A DNA stretch of 64,000 nucleotides from Bdellovibrionota bacterium (GCA_965207455.1 CBDBMJ010000003.1:320001-384000); one strand, 5' to 3'. Shown: positions 1 to 9,792, counted from the stretch's first letter. The notes: generated by a model from the letters alone, not told the origin. A program made the numbers and translations.

Positions 1-558
1 ATAAAAGAGGAATACGCTTCCTATGCTTTCGACGACAACGGTCAGCCTGCGAAAAAAGAATATTTAATCCAAGAAGGAAAACTCCTACGCGGACTAGGTG
101 GACTGGAAAGTCAATCCAGATCAGACGTTCCTGGAGTAGCGAATGCTCGAGCCAGCCTATGGAATCGTCCTCCCATTGACCGTATGGCAAATATCAACCT
201 AGAGCCGGGCACCAGTTCTTATGACAACATTATTAGCGGCATCGAGCACGGTGTAATCATGCACTCCAATTGCTCTTGGTCCATCGATGATTTTCGAAGG
301 AAGTTTCAATTTGGCTGTGAGTACGGCAAGCTTGTTAAAAATGGAAAAGTTGTAAAAACACTACGCAACCCGAACTACCGGGGAATTACCGTTCCTTTTT
401 GGAAGAATCTTAAGAAGGTGGGAAATGAAGAAACTTGGTCCGTTCTTGGAACTCCCTTTTGTGGTAAGGGGGAGCCGAACCAAGTAATTCGAGTGGGCCA
501 CGCCTCTCCTGTATGTTTATTTGAAAATGTGGACGTTTTTGGAGGAGCAGAGAAATGA
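1..558 (+). CDS. tldD: TldD-family metalloprotease, C-terminal part (5' end outside window)
   Basis: Frame 1 open from base 1 (YAFDDNG...RPPIDRMANINLEPG, SWSIDD..RKFQFGCE, CGKGEPNQ..VGHASP), typical TldD C-terminus. Confidence 0.9.
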   Translation: MKEEYASYAFDDNGQPAKKEYLIQEGKLLRGLGGLESQSRSDVPGVANARASLWNRPPIDRMANINLEPGTSSYDNIISGIEHGVIMHSNCSWSIDDFRRKFQFGCEYGKLVKNGKVVKTLRNPNYRGITVPFWKNLKKVGNEETWSVLGTPFCGKGEPNQVIRVGHASPVCLFENVDVFGGAEK

Positions 559-1943
559 CAAAAAAGATGCCAAACAAAATGACAGACGAAACCCCCAACC
601 ACCCCTGCGTAACCAAACCTTATTTTGAGTCTTTAAAGGATTTCATTTTCTCAAAACTCCAGAGCGACGAGTACGTCACTTTAAATCTTAGGGGAGAGAG
701 CACCCATTTTTGTCGCATGAATAATGCAAAGATACGACAAAACGGAACCGTAATGGACCAATCTCTCTCCATACAACTACAAAAAAACAAAGCGGGCGAG
801 CTTCGCACAGCCACAGAAGATTTTTCTCTAAGTAAAAATTTTGACCAAGATTCAGATCAAACTGCCTCAGCTCTGCGCACATTACGAAGCGAAATAGAAA
901 CATTGCCTGCGGACCCTTTTACCAGTTTGCCCGAATCCACCTCCACCAGTGAATCCGTGGAAAGCGGCACCTTGCTTAACCCATCGGACGCTCCTGAAAA
1001 AATTCTATCGAAACACACAGACCTGGACTTAACGGGGATTTACTCCAGTGGAAGCATGGTTCGTGGAACAGCTACCTCAACGGGAGCCATGCATTGGTTT
1101 TCCACAGATTCCTTCCTTCTAGATTATTCTATCTCCGGAGCGGAAGAACGTGCCTATAAAGGTTTTTACGGCGGTAGTTCTTGGGACACAGACGAGTATG
1201 AAAAAGAAATACAAAAAGCCCAAGAGCAACTCAACGCTTTAAAAAAACCTGTGCGTAAAATACCTCCCGGCAACTACCGCACCTACCTTGCCCCCACCGC
1301 GGCTTGGGCATTTTCCCAGACCCTTGCAAGAACATTTAGCGAAGGTAGTATTCGACAAGGCAGCTCACCCCTTCGCCTTGTCCGTAGAGGAGAAAAAAGT
1401 TTTTCCCCTAAACTTACCCTGTTAGAAGACTTTCAATATGGCGATACTCCTCGATTTACTTCAGAGGGAGAACTCTCCCCAGAAAACACGCCTCTTATCG
1501 TCGACGGCAAGCTTAAAAACACCCTTATCAGTAGGCGAACAGCAAAAGAGTATGGCTTGGAAGCCAACGGCGCCTCTTCAAATGAAGAGGTACGTAGCTT
1601 TGTTATTTCCCCAGGAAACTTAGCCGAAGAAAAAGTATTGGATCAACTCCACACCGGTTTATATATTTCTAACTTGCACTACCTCAATTGGAGCGATCAG
1701 AATCAAGGTCGAGTAACAGGCATGACCCGTTTTGCCTGCTTCTGGGTAGAAAACGGAAAGCTCGTGGCCCCCATCGAAAATCTTCGCTGGGACGATACTA
1801 TCTTTCGTTGCTTTGGATCGGAACTGGAAGACTTTACACAAAAAGTCCATGTATTTCCCAACACTGGCTCTTATGGCAACCGCTCTGTGGGAAGTGACCG
1901 CTGCCCAGGCATGCTACTAAAAAGTATGGCGTTCACGCTCTAG
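555..1943 (+). CDS. TldE/PmbA-family protein
   Basis: Overlaps tldD stop; motifs YRTYLAP, GLYISNLHYLNWSD, TGMTRFACFWVENG, NLRWDD. Confidence 0.85.
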   Translation: MTKKMPNKMTDETPNHPCVTKPYFESLKDFIFSKLQSDEYVTLNLRGESTHFCRMNNAKIRQNGTVMDQSLSIQLQKNKAGELRTATEDFSLSKNFDQDSDQTASALRTLRSEIETLPADPFTSLPESTSTSESVESGTLLNPSDAPEKILSKHTDLDLTGIYSSGSMVRGTATSTGAMHWFSTDSFLLDYSISGAEERAYKGFYGGSSWDTDEYEKEIQKAQEQLNALKKPVRKIPPGNYRTYLAPTAAWAFSQTLARTFSEGSIRQGSSPLRLVRRGEKSFSPKLTLLEDFQYGDTPRFTSEGELSPENTPLIVDGKLKNTLISRRTAKEYGLEANGASSNEEVRSFVISPGNLAEEKVLDQLHTGLYISNLHYLNWSDQNQGRVTGMTRFACFWVENGKLVAPIENLRWDDTIFRCFGSELEDFTQKVHVFPNTGSYGNRSVGSDRCPGMLLKSMAFTL

Positions 1944-1993
1944 CGCTGATAGCTAATGGATTGTCTCACTAAAATAGTACTTACTTGAAGGAA

Positions 1994-2872
1994 CTATAAA
2001 TAATAAATAGTATAATCATCTAACGCTCGATAACGAATAGTTCCTGCTGTCAGACCGAAGGCGGTTTTATACTTATTTTCAATTTTCTCACCTTCGCTAC
2101 TGGGCATCGATAGATTAAAATTCTTTAAATCATAATATGATTCAACACCGCTCTGCTCACCAACCATTAAATTAACTTGGTGTATATTGGCTCTTCCTCG
2201 TAAAAAAGGAGGGATAAGAATGTCTTTTTTATGATCTGCTAGTGAACCATATATTTTTTGTTCAATTTTCTTGTTTTTCTTGTACAGTGTTAGTCCAATA
2301 AAATTTTTCTTGCTAGAAAATTTATTTAGCTTCTTTTTCAACATCATCTGTGTTGTAGATAATCCTTCAGCATCAGGGTGATAAGTATATACCTTAAAAT
2401 GTTCTTCCTTAAAATCCCATCCTAGACCATAAAAATATTTCAATTCATTTTCCGACAGTTCTAAATTCCGTTTTTTCATAACCTTATGAACAATATCTAA
2501 AATATTTTTCTTGTTCCCCAAGTGTCCGCAGGCAAAGCGAGAACTATTAATCGAGCCTTTATATATCTTATGGCTGTACGTAGCTGACCTCAACCATGGA
2601 GCTTGATGAATATCATAACGCCAGAGAGTCATCTGCTGAGTACAAGCATCAATATATTCTTTTTCTTCTGTTGAAAAAGACTTTTGAAAGTCAAAATAAT
2701 TTTCACAATGCCACTGATAAAGAGTATGCATAATCCGAGAAAAATAACCTGATCGTCCTTTCCCAAAAGAACGATTCAACTGTCTCGATAACGCCATTGG
2801 ATTAAAAAAAATAATCCCCACAATACTTATAAGGATATGCTTTAAAAAATTTCTGCGATTCTGAGTAAACAT
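1994..2872 (-). CDS. Tat-signal protein, putative PagF/LynF/TruF-like (ABBA-fold) prenyltransferase
   Basis: N-terminal NRRNFLK plus hydrophobic stretch; colinear motifs SHKI..SRF, GWDF..FKVY, NFIG..KIY, YYDLKN, C-terminal TIYY. Confidence 0.5.
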   Translation of the reverse strand: MFTQNRRNFLKHILISIVGIIFFNPMALSRQLNRSFGKGRSGYFSRIMHTLYQWHCENYFDFQKSFSTEEKEYIDACTQQMTLWRYDIHQAPWLRSATYSHKIYKGSINSSRFACGHLGNKKNILDIVHKVMKKRNLELSENELKYFYGLGWDFKEEHFKVYTYHPDAEGLSTTQMMLKKKLNKFSSKKNFIGLTLYKKNKKIEQKIYGSLADHKKDILIPPFLRGRANIHQVNLMVGEQSGVESYYDLKNFNLSMPSSEGEKIENKYKTAFGLTAGTIRYRALDDYTIYYL

Positions 2873-2880
2873 TATTAATC

Positions 2881-4500
2881 CTAACGAAATTGAATGGGTC
2901 TAAAAATAGAGTTCACATAAGCATCTTTAATAAAAACAGTTCCTAGCTGGTCAGTTGTATCTACAAAACTCATCATAGTTGATGTATGTATTTTTTCTGG
3001 TATTATATCATAATCAAAGACTAGTGTTCTCTTTGTTGGAGATATTGCAAAAAATGGCTCGAGTTTTCCAAAAGGCAAAACTGAGGGGAATCCTGCAGCT
3101 CGCAACGTACTTAATATGATGTCCTGGGGCGTGGGTCTTGGAGGATCTTGACCATTAAGCATTTTATCCTTTCTGAGTAAAATAACAGGTGCATCAAGAA
3201 TTGCGATCCCATCAGGTGTAAGTCGATCATGTAAATAAGTATAGAATTCTACACTATATAATCTAGAAAGATCATAATTATCAGGAAAAGGAAAATCTAC
3301 AAAAATCAAATCATATTTTTCCTTAGACCTCTTCGCATAAGAAAATGCATCACCAATAATTAAATTTAAACGTTTATCTTTGAAAACATTTTTATTGAGT
3401 TTAGAAAAGGACTCGTGTTCACTGACCATCTTTACAACCATAGGGTCCAATTCAATAAGAGTAATTTCAGGGACATCAAAGAAGTCAAAAAGAGTCCGCG
3501 CCAATAAGCCATCTCCTCCTCCTAAAATAAGAACTCGACGGACAGGTTTATTTTTACGCAAATTGAAGCCGGCCATTACTGCTAGTTCATGATAGATGTG
3601 CCAATCTATTGTAGCAAACTGAGAATGTCGATTCAAATACAATGTTTTTGATGATGGTCGGTCTAGAAAATTCTTGAAAAAACTGTCATTATCAATGATA
3701 TCAATGCTCTGATACATGGATCGAGTGTGGGGGACATTGCCCACACTATGAAGTAATTCCCAAGCAAGAGACCAATCTTGCAAAGAAAAAGGATTAACTC
3801 GAAGATTGAGGTAATGGCGCTTAAGAAAATACTGATGGATCACTGCCGTATATTGACCTACTACAAAAAGAAATGCTGCAATAGCAGGGGCTAGGTAGAG
3901 ATACTTTAATGAAACTGATCTTCTCCATATAAGATAAATGAAAGTAACTAATAATAAATTTAGAGCGCCTATTAATAATGCTATATTTATTCTATGGAAG
4001 TGTGGCTCTAGGAAAAGAGGCAACAAAAGTGCGGCTAAAAGTCCACCGCTGTAACTTATTGCCCAGAAACGCCCTTCATTCCCGGTCTTACGTCTTACAA
4101 TCTGGCTCAGTAGTGTAACTTCGATACCAGATAAAAAGCCGACAAGCATAGTCAAAGGCTGAACAGAAAGTGCTGCAAGATAATTGCCAATTGAAACACT
4201 TCGAGTGATCTTGTAAATCACTCCTAGATCCATTACTCCAATAATAATCAACACGAGACTAGCTGAAATACCTCCCAAGCAAGCAAGTAGTATTTCTAAC
4301 GATAACAATTTCTTTAGTTCTTCCCCTTGCTTTATTCGACGAGAAAACCCTGCGCCAATACCAAGGGACAGCAAATAGCAGCCAAAGGTCAGGCTTTGAC
4401 TGAAAATTTGTTCTTGTACCGCTGCTGATACAGTATGCGCTATTAATAATTGGTATGACATGCTACAAAAGCTTGCGATAAAGACAATCACTAAGATCAA
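2881..4500 (-). CDS. Membrane-anchored spermidine-synthase-like aminopropyltransferase
   Basis: Multi-TM N-terminus, then QF..YHE, VLILGGGDG, IELDP, GDAF, YDLIFVDFP, LYSVEFY. Confidence 0.85.
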   Translation of the reverse strand: MILVIVFIASFCSMSYQLLIAHTVSAAVQEQIFSQSLTFGCYLLSLGIGAGFSRRIKQGEELKKLLSLEILLACLGGISASLVLIIIGVMDLGVIYKITRSVSIGNYLAALSVQPLTMLVGFLSGIEVTLLSQIVRRKTGNEGRFWAISYSGGLLAALLLPLFLEPHFHRINIALLIGALNLLLVTFIYLIWRRSVSLKYLYLAPAIAAFLFVVGQYTAVIHQYFLKRHYLNLRVNPFSLQDWSLAWELLHSVGNVPHTRSMYQSIDIIDNDSFFKNFLDRPSSKTLYLNRHSQFATIDWHIYHELAVMAGFNLRKNKPVRRVLILGGGDGLLARTLFDFFDVPEITLIELDPMVVKMVSEHESFSKLNKNVFKDKRLNLIIGDAFSYAKRSKEKYDLIFVDFPFPDNYDLSRLYSVEFYTYLHDRLTPDGIAILDAPVILLRKDKMLNGQDPPRPTPQDIILSTLRAAGFPSVLPFGKLEPFFAISPTKRTLVFDYDIIPEKIHTSTMMSFVDTTDQLGTVFIKDAYVNSIFRPIQFR

Positions 4501-5153
4501 AATTCACCTCTGATCATGCTGGAGGTTATTTTTCTTTTCATCTTATCATGGCGATTGAAAAATATATCTATAGCAACAAGAGCATTGAGCATTGCTGTGA
4601 AAAATCCTATCCAAAAAATTCCTAAGCTAGGTAAAAGCAGTAAAGGAAATAAAACCGCGGCTAAAAACATTCCCACATAATCATACACTATCAATAATGC
4701 TTTACTTTTTTCCTCTTTCTCAAGATATAATAGTATTGGTAGTTCAAAACCAGAAAAAAATCCACATGCGACTACAGGTAAATAATAAATTGGCAGCAAA
4801 AAGAAAAGTACAGTAGAGGATGCTTTTATTAACTCCTGATCCAAAAAATATAGCAATACCGGGCTAAGCCCTCCTATAAAAATCAGTAGAGATTCAATTT
4901 TAAATAAATAAAGAGAAGGTTTTTTGGAGAGTATAATATAATCGCTCACATAAGCCCCAGCACCAAGTGAAAATGAAAATAATCCAATCACGAGCGAATA
5001 TTGTAGAATGGTGTTACCGAGAAGCGCAGAAAGCAATTGACCCAAGTTTAACTCATAGAGGAAGCTACAAAATGCTAATAGTAAAGAATATAGATATAAG
5101 CGAGAAAACCCAGCATGCCGGTTTGGTCGATTTTTACTAGAGACCACCGACAC
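4497..5153 (-). CDS. Stand-alone membrane domain homologous to the N-terminal TM domain of membrane spermidine synthases
   Basis: FCSFLYEL..GQLLS, SLGAGA, GFFSGFELP, DYVG; parallels FCSMSYQL, SLGIGA, GFLSGIE, SYSG of the next gene; 4-bp overlap. Confidence 0.75.
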   Translation of the reverse strand: MSVVSSKNRPNRHAGFSRLYLYSLLLAFCSFLYELNLGQLLSALLGNTILQYSLVIGLFSFSLGAGAYVSDYIILSKKPSLYLFKIESLLIFIGGLSPVLLYFLDQELIKASSTVLFFLLPIYYLPVVACGFFSGFELPILLYLEKEEKSKALLIVYDYVGMFLAAVLFPLLLLPSLGIFWIGFFTAMLNALVAIDIFFNRHDKMKRKITSSMIRGEF

Positions 5154-5159
5154 ATTTAA

Positions 5160-5723
5160 TTAAATAGATTTTGCTTTTATTTGCATAAAGATTTTTTCAA
5201 AATATTCTTCTTCCTTATCCATAATCTCAGGCGGCATCCGAACAGCCAAAACATAACTTCCCGCACCGTCTTTCCTGATAGCGTGCACAACTACCATTGC
5301 TTGGCTACCATTGCAACCACTGTGAAAAGAAATTTTACTAAAACCTTTAGTATTATAAAGTTCCTTAGTCTGTATTACCACATGCATTAGTGGTTGGGAA
5401 AAAGCTGGCATAAGATGGGGATTGCCTTCCAGCCAGTCCAGCATTGCTTCAAAATTTTTATGATTTTTTTTGATAGCAAGTACTGCAAAATAGCCCCCTT
5501 TTTTAGCGTCTTTTCCAAATAACACCTCAGAGCTGCCGTCCTTGACGGTGCTATAATGAAAGGTTTTTGGTAATTCAACGGATATTTGCTGACGGGCAAG
5601 AAATTTGGAGGTTATGTGCTTAAATTCAGGTTGATGAACCCCCGCACTGAGAGCGGCAGGAAAAAGTATAAAGCATAACAGCACTTCGCATAAAAACATT
5701 TTTTTCAATTTTTTTAAAGTCAT
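5160..5723 (-). CDS. Secreted hypothetical protein, possibly PsbP/DcrB-like fold
   Basis: Signal peptide ending AALSA; SVELPKTF near the start, C-terminal FEKIFMQIK; ATG 5723 chosen over the longer ORF start. Confidence 0.5.
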   Translation of the reverse strand: MTLKKLKKMFLCEVLLCFILFPAALSAGVHQPEFKHITSKFLARQQISVELPKTFHYSTVKDGSSEVLFGKDAKKGGYFAVLAIKKNHKNFEAMLDWLEGNPHLMPAFSQPLMHVVIQTKELYNTKGFSKISFHSGCNGSQAMVVVHAIRKDGAGSYVLAVRMPPEIMDKEEEYFEKIFMQIKAKSI

Positions 5724-5963
5724 ACTCAAAAAATAACAGAAAAAAAAAAACACGCAAGTATTTTTACTTCAATTTTAAGCTTTTATTCAATAATGCTCGT
5801 TTAAAAGAAGTGAATTTTTGATATTAGCAGACGAATCGGGCTGTTTTAATTATAAAACCGTGTTAGCTTAGTGCTTTAGGGGGCTAGGACATAGTAAAAA
5901 AATGGGTCATTTAATTAAATGCACGCCAATTAATTAGAGCATAACCTAACATAATAAAAACCG

Positions 5964-7283
5964 ATGATGCGCATTAAAAGTAAAAAAAATAATAGTGAAT
6001 TCACTATAATAAAAACAACGCCTGCGGTTCCTCGAACGAACCTTGCAGGTAATATTTCTCATGCTGGAGAGCAATACTGCTACAGACACACCAGCGGTAC
6101 TTGGGTAAAACAAAATAACCTATGCTGGAATAAGAATGTACAAAAATTCATTAAAAATTCAACGGGACTTGCGCGATCTTCCTCAGGCATGTCCCTTCTA
6201 TCTGTAATAATGGCTGCAGGATTGCTTGGGCTGATCGCCCTAGGTGCAGCAAAGCTACAGCAAAACATGATATCTGGACAAAAGGATGTGGAAAATAGAT
6301 TTGAAATCAATAAATTATACTCCAATATTCGAGGTGTATTGGGAAATGCAGGGGCATGCGCTCAGACTCTAGGTAGAAATAATAGTAGAACTATAAATAA
6401 TACGCCCATAACCTCAAAGGGGGTTCATGGAACACCGGTTCTTATCGGAGCTATAAAAGATTCAAATGGAAATAAAGTATATGAAATAAATAGGACCTAC
6501 GATGATGTAAAGATAACAAAAATAGAGCTTTCTACATTTACGGTGGATGCCACGCCTTCCCGAGACGTTACAGTTCCTTCTACTACACCAGGTGGAAATC
6601 CTCAGACACTTTCCGTAAACGATGGCAGCACAAAAATAATCCTTTCTTTTACAAGAGCCAGGGCAAATAGTCAAGGTCTTTCTCATTTTAAAACAAGAGA
6701 GATTCAATTAAAGGCTGCTAGATATAATGGTGGAGGTGCGAATGTGGTATTTACTATTCATAGTTGCATCGCTTTATTTGCAGCCGATACTACAGTCCTG
6801 CGAAGAGAAGCACTGGCTGGCGTGAGCTGTACAGGAAATCAAGTCCTTACAGGGTTTGACCAAAGCGGTAATCCGCTCTGCAAGGATTTTGCGGTTCTCA
6901 CTGATACACAATGTGCTCCAGGAGAAGCCGTAACGGGAATTACTCAAGGAGCGGTTATATGTGCGGGTCCGCCACCGCCACCTCCTCCCGCTCCTCTCCC
7001 ACCGCCACCTCCTCCCGCTCCTCTCCCACCGTCCCCCGGTACTTATGTAACTCTCTCCTGTACCCCATCCGGCTACACTTGTGTTGGTAAGTCACGCGTT
7101 AATCCCAGAACCGGTAAGTATTCTTGTCCGTCGGGCTACGCATCCGCAAGAATTGCACCAACTAGAACTAGAACAACCACAGTAGACGAGTCCGTATGCA
7201 CACAGACGGGGCATGGTGGGCAAAATTGCAATACCCAATCAATTACAATAACGCACGTGGAAAGAACATATAAATGCATATAA
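5964..7283 (+). CDS. Pilin-like protein with Cys-rich repeats and Pro-rich linker
   Basis: Prepilin-like SSG/MSLLSVIMAAGLLGLIALG then L...ACAQTL; two C-xxxx-V-TG repeats; start uncertain. Confidence 0.65.
   Translation: MMRIKSKKNNSEFTIIKTTPAVPRTNLAGNISHAGEQYCYRHTSGTWVKQNNLCWNKNVQKFIKNSTGLARSSSGMSLLSVIMAAGLLGLIALGAAKLQQNMISGQKDVENRFEINKLYSNIRGVLGNAGACAQTLGRNNSRTINNTPITSKGVHGTPVLIGAIKDSNGNKVYEINRTYDDVKITKIELSTFTVDATPSRDVTVPSTTPGGNPQTLSVNDGSTKIILSFTRARANSQGLSHFKTREIQLKAARYNGGGANVVFTIHSCIALFAADTTVLRREALAGVSCTGNQVLTGFDQSGNPLCKDFAVLTDTQCAPGEAVTGITQGAVICAGPPPPPPPAPLPPPPPPAPLPPSPGTYVTLSCTPSGYTCVGKSRVNPRTGKYSCPSGYASARIAPTRTRTTTVDESVCTQTGHGGQNCNTQSITITHVERTYKCI
6972..7031 (+). repeat. 27-bp tandem repeat (2.2 copies) encoding PPPPPPAPL
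   Basis: ccaccgccacctcctcccgctcctctc at 6972 and 6999, partial third copy at 7026. Confidence 0.9.
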
Positions 7284-7360
7284 AAAATGAATTTGAGGTA
7301 ACTTTTGGCGAAACAGACCTAAGTAACTTTTCCATAATTTATTAAAACAAGGAGGCATTA

Positions 7361-9049
7361 ATGAAAAGAAAAATAATTTGTCCAGTAATTTTAGCGGCAT
7401 TTTTACAGATAAACCCTGCTATGGGGGTTAAAAGCGAAGCCAGTTGCCAGTTCGAAAAACAGAAGCGCAAAAAAATATCCTCAAATATCCTTTCACCTCA
7501 AATGAACCTGTGCAATGCCAACTTAAAAAGAAAAAATTTGAGCAGTATAAATTTGAGTAAAGCAAACCTGAGCTATTCCGACCTAACAAACTCAGACCTG
7601 CGCCAAATAAACCTTATTAAAGCAACTCTGCGCAAGACAATACTAAAAAATACCAACTTAAACTACAGCGATCTATCATTCGCCAACCTAACAAACGCAA
7701 ACCTAAAAGGATCCACTATTTCAAGTGCTAGACTGTTTCAAACTATTTTGAATACAGCAGATTTGAGTCATGCCTCTCTTCAGCAATCAAATCTATTCCA
7801 AGCAAAGTTAGTCGGAACAAACTTAAGCAATGCAAATCTAGAAAGAGCAAGCTTAGTTCAAGCGGACTTATCTAAAGCAAACTTATCTTCAGCTAAAATG
7901 AGTCGCACCGACTTTAGAAGAGCGCGCTTAACTGGAGCCAACCTGTCAAATTCAGATATGACACGAGCTAATTTACAAAACGCAAGTATGACTAACGTCA
8001 ATCTTCAAAAAGCAAAGTTGTTGCGAGCGGTCCTTAATGACGCGGACTTATCTGGATCCGATCTTTCTTTCGCAAACTTATACCAAGCAGATTTGCACAG
8101 AACAATTATGAAAAAGGCAAACTTATCCGGGGCTATCCTGATAAAAGCAAATTTACATAACTCCAACCTGAGTAACGCCAATTTAACCAAAGCTCGTTTA
8201 CATAATGCAAATCTAAATGGTGCAAATCTAAGTAACGCAACTCTCACCGCAGCCGAGCTGTTCGGCACTGAATTAAATCACGCCAACCTGACAAATATCA
8301 ATCTTGATAATTCTAAAGCCACGCGTTCTTATTTCCAGAAGTCTAACATCAGCAACGCCAGTCTTAGGTATGCAGATATATCAGAGTCAAATATGTACAA
8401 AGTTAATTTAAAAAATACCGATATGACTGGGGCTAAATTATATTATACTTATTTGGCTCATTCCAACATGGCCGATTCTATTCTGTCTGACGCCAATCTT
8501 TACGCCGCAGACTTAAGTGATGCCTCGATTAAACGAGCCATAATCAAGAATGCCATACTTTCAACAGCAAAACTTACTAATGCAAATTTAGAAGGAGCTG
8601 ATTTAACCAATACGAAGCTGACAAGGACAAATCTTGTCTGGGCCAAAATGAATAGAGCAAATTTAAAAAATGCAGCTTTAAATAGAGCTGATTTACGTAT
8701 GGCTAGCTTAATAGAAGCAGTTCTAATTTCGGCAGATTTAAACAACGCAGACTTGCGTAGAGCAAATTTTAAACAAGCGAACTTATATAAAGCAAATCTA
8801 ACTAAAGCAAAATTAAGTAATATTCACCTAAATAATGCCAATCTTTCTTTAGCAGACTTCACAGACACCACAGGACTGGACGAATTAAAATTATCCCATT
8901 TCAAGGGAATCTGGGCTTATGAAAAAGAGCTTCCAAAGAATCTACCAACCGCTATGATGAAGGAGCTTCGAAAAAATTTAAGGCGGGTACAGTATCAAGG
9001 CTCTAAAAAAATAACGCTTCGTGCGGAAAAAGAGGTAACCCATCGATGA
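7361..9049 (+). CDS. Secreted pentapeptide-repeat protein
   Basis: RBS aggagg; signal peptide; long A(N/D)Lxx repeat tract. Confidence 0.92.
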   Translation: MKRKIICPVILAAFLQINPAMGVKSEASCQFEKQKRKKISSNILSPQMNLCNANLKRKNLSSINLSKANLSYSDLTNSDLRQINLIKATLRKTILKNTNLNYSDLSFANLTNANLKGSTISSARLFQTILNTADLSHASLQQSNLFQAKLVGTNLSNANLERASLVQADLSKANLSSAKMSRTDFRRARLTGANLSNSDMTRANLQNASMTNVNLQKAKLLRAVLNDADLSGSDLSFANLYQADLHRTIMKKANLSGAILIKANLHNSNLSNANLTKARLHNANLNGANLSNATLTAAELFGTELNHANLTNINLDNSKATRSYFQKSNISNASLRYADISESNMYKVNLKNTDMTGAKLYYTYLAHSNMADSILSDANLYAADLSDASIKRAIIKNAILSTAKLTNANLEGADLTNTKLTRTNLVWAKMNRANLKNAALNRADLRMASLIEAVLISADLNNADLRRANFKQANLYKANLTKAKLSNIHLNNANLSLADFTDTTGLDELKLSHFKGIWAYEKELPKNLPTAMMKELRKNLRRVQYQGSKKITLRAEKEVTHR

Positions 9050-9792
9050 ACAATAAAATAATTATAATCACAATACTTTCATATATTTTGCCCCTTGATT
9101 CCAGTTCAAGTGTGAAATCTCCGAATTGCTATATAAATAAAAGTGCGATCCAGACTGTTGGACCAGGAGCTATGCTACATAAAGCTTCTTTATGCGGTGC
9201 TGACTTGAAAAAAACCAATCTAGCTAATTCTGATTTAAGCTATGCAAATCTAAAAAATACAAATTTTTATAGAGCAAATCTACATGCAGCAAATCTATAC
9301 TCAGCAAACTTGGAAAATGCGTCGTTGTCCAAAGCTAGATTATGTAATGCTACGCTAGAAAAAACTTCTCTTTATAAGGCAAATTTAGAATATTCTCGCT
9401 TATATAGGACAAATTTAATGGGAGCAGACCTGCGCAGCGCAAATATAAGGCGTGCTGGACTTATCGAGGCTAATCTTACAAAAGCTAACCTAAGTGGAGC
9501 AGACCTATTCGGTTCAAAACTTTATAAGGCGAATCTTAGAGATGCGAATTTAACTGGAGCAATATTACATAAAGCAGATATGAGATATGCAGACCTTCAT
9601 AATGCAAATCTTAATGGGGCAAACTTATCTTTGGCAGATTTTACTAAAGCTACCGGGCTTGATAAACTTCAAAGTTTTAAGAATGTCTGGGCATACGAAG
9701 GGGCAGAACCCAAAGGACTGCCTCTTACTGTAATGAACGAGTTAAGGAAAAACTTAAAAATTCGTCATAGAAAAAAAAATATAAGACACTAA
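9046..9792 (+). CDS. Secreted pentapeptide-repeat protein (shorter paralog)
   Basis: A(N/D)Lxx repeats; C-terminal cap shared with the upstream gene. Confidence 0.92.
   Translation: MNNKIIIITILSYILPLDSSSSVKSPNCYINKSAIQTVGPGAMLHKASLCGADLKKTNLANSDLSYANLKNTNFYRANLHAANLYSANLENASLSKARLCNATLEKTSLYKANLEYSRLYRTNLMGADLRSANIRRAGLIEANLTKANLSGADLFGSKLYKANLRDANLTGAILHKADMRYADLHNANLNGANLSLADFTKATGLDKLQSFKNVWAYEGAEPKGLPLTVMNELRKNLKIRHRKKNIRH

Noticed and set aside
1..9792. Microcin B17-like cluster (TldD/E plus pentapeptide-repeat immunity)
   Set aside because: No YcaO/dehydrogenase, exporter or Gly/Ser/Cys-rich precursor; the repeat proteins look secreted
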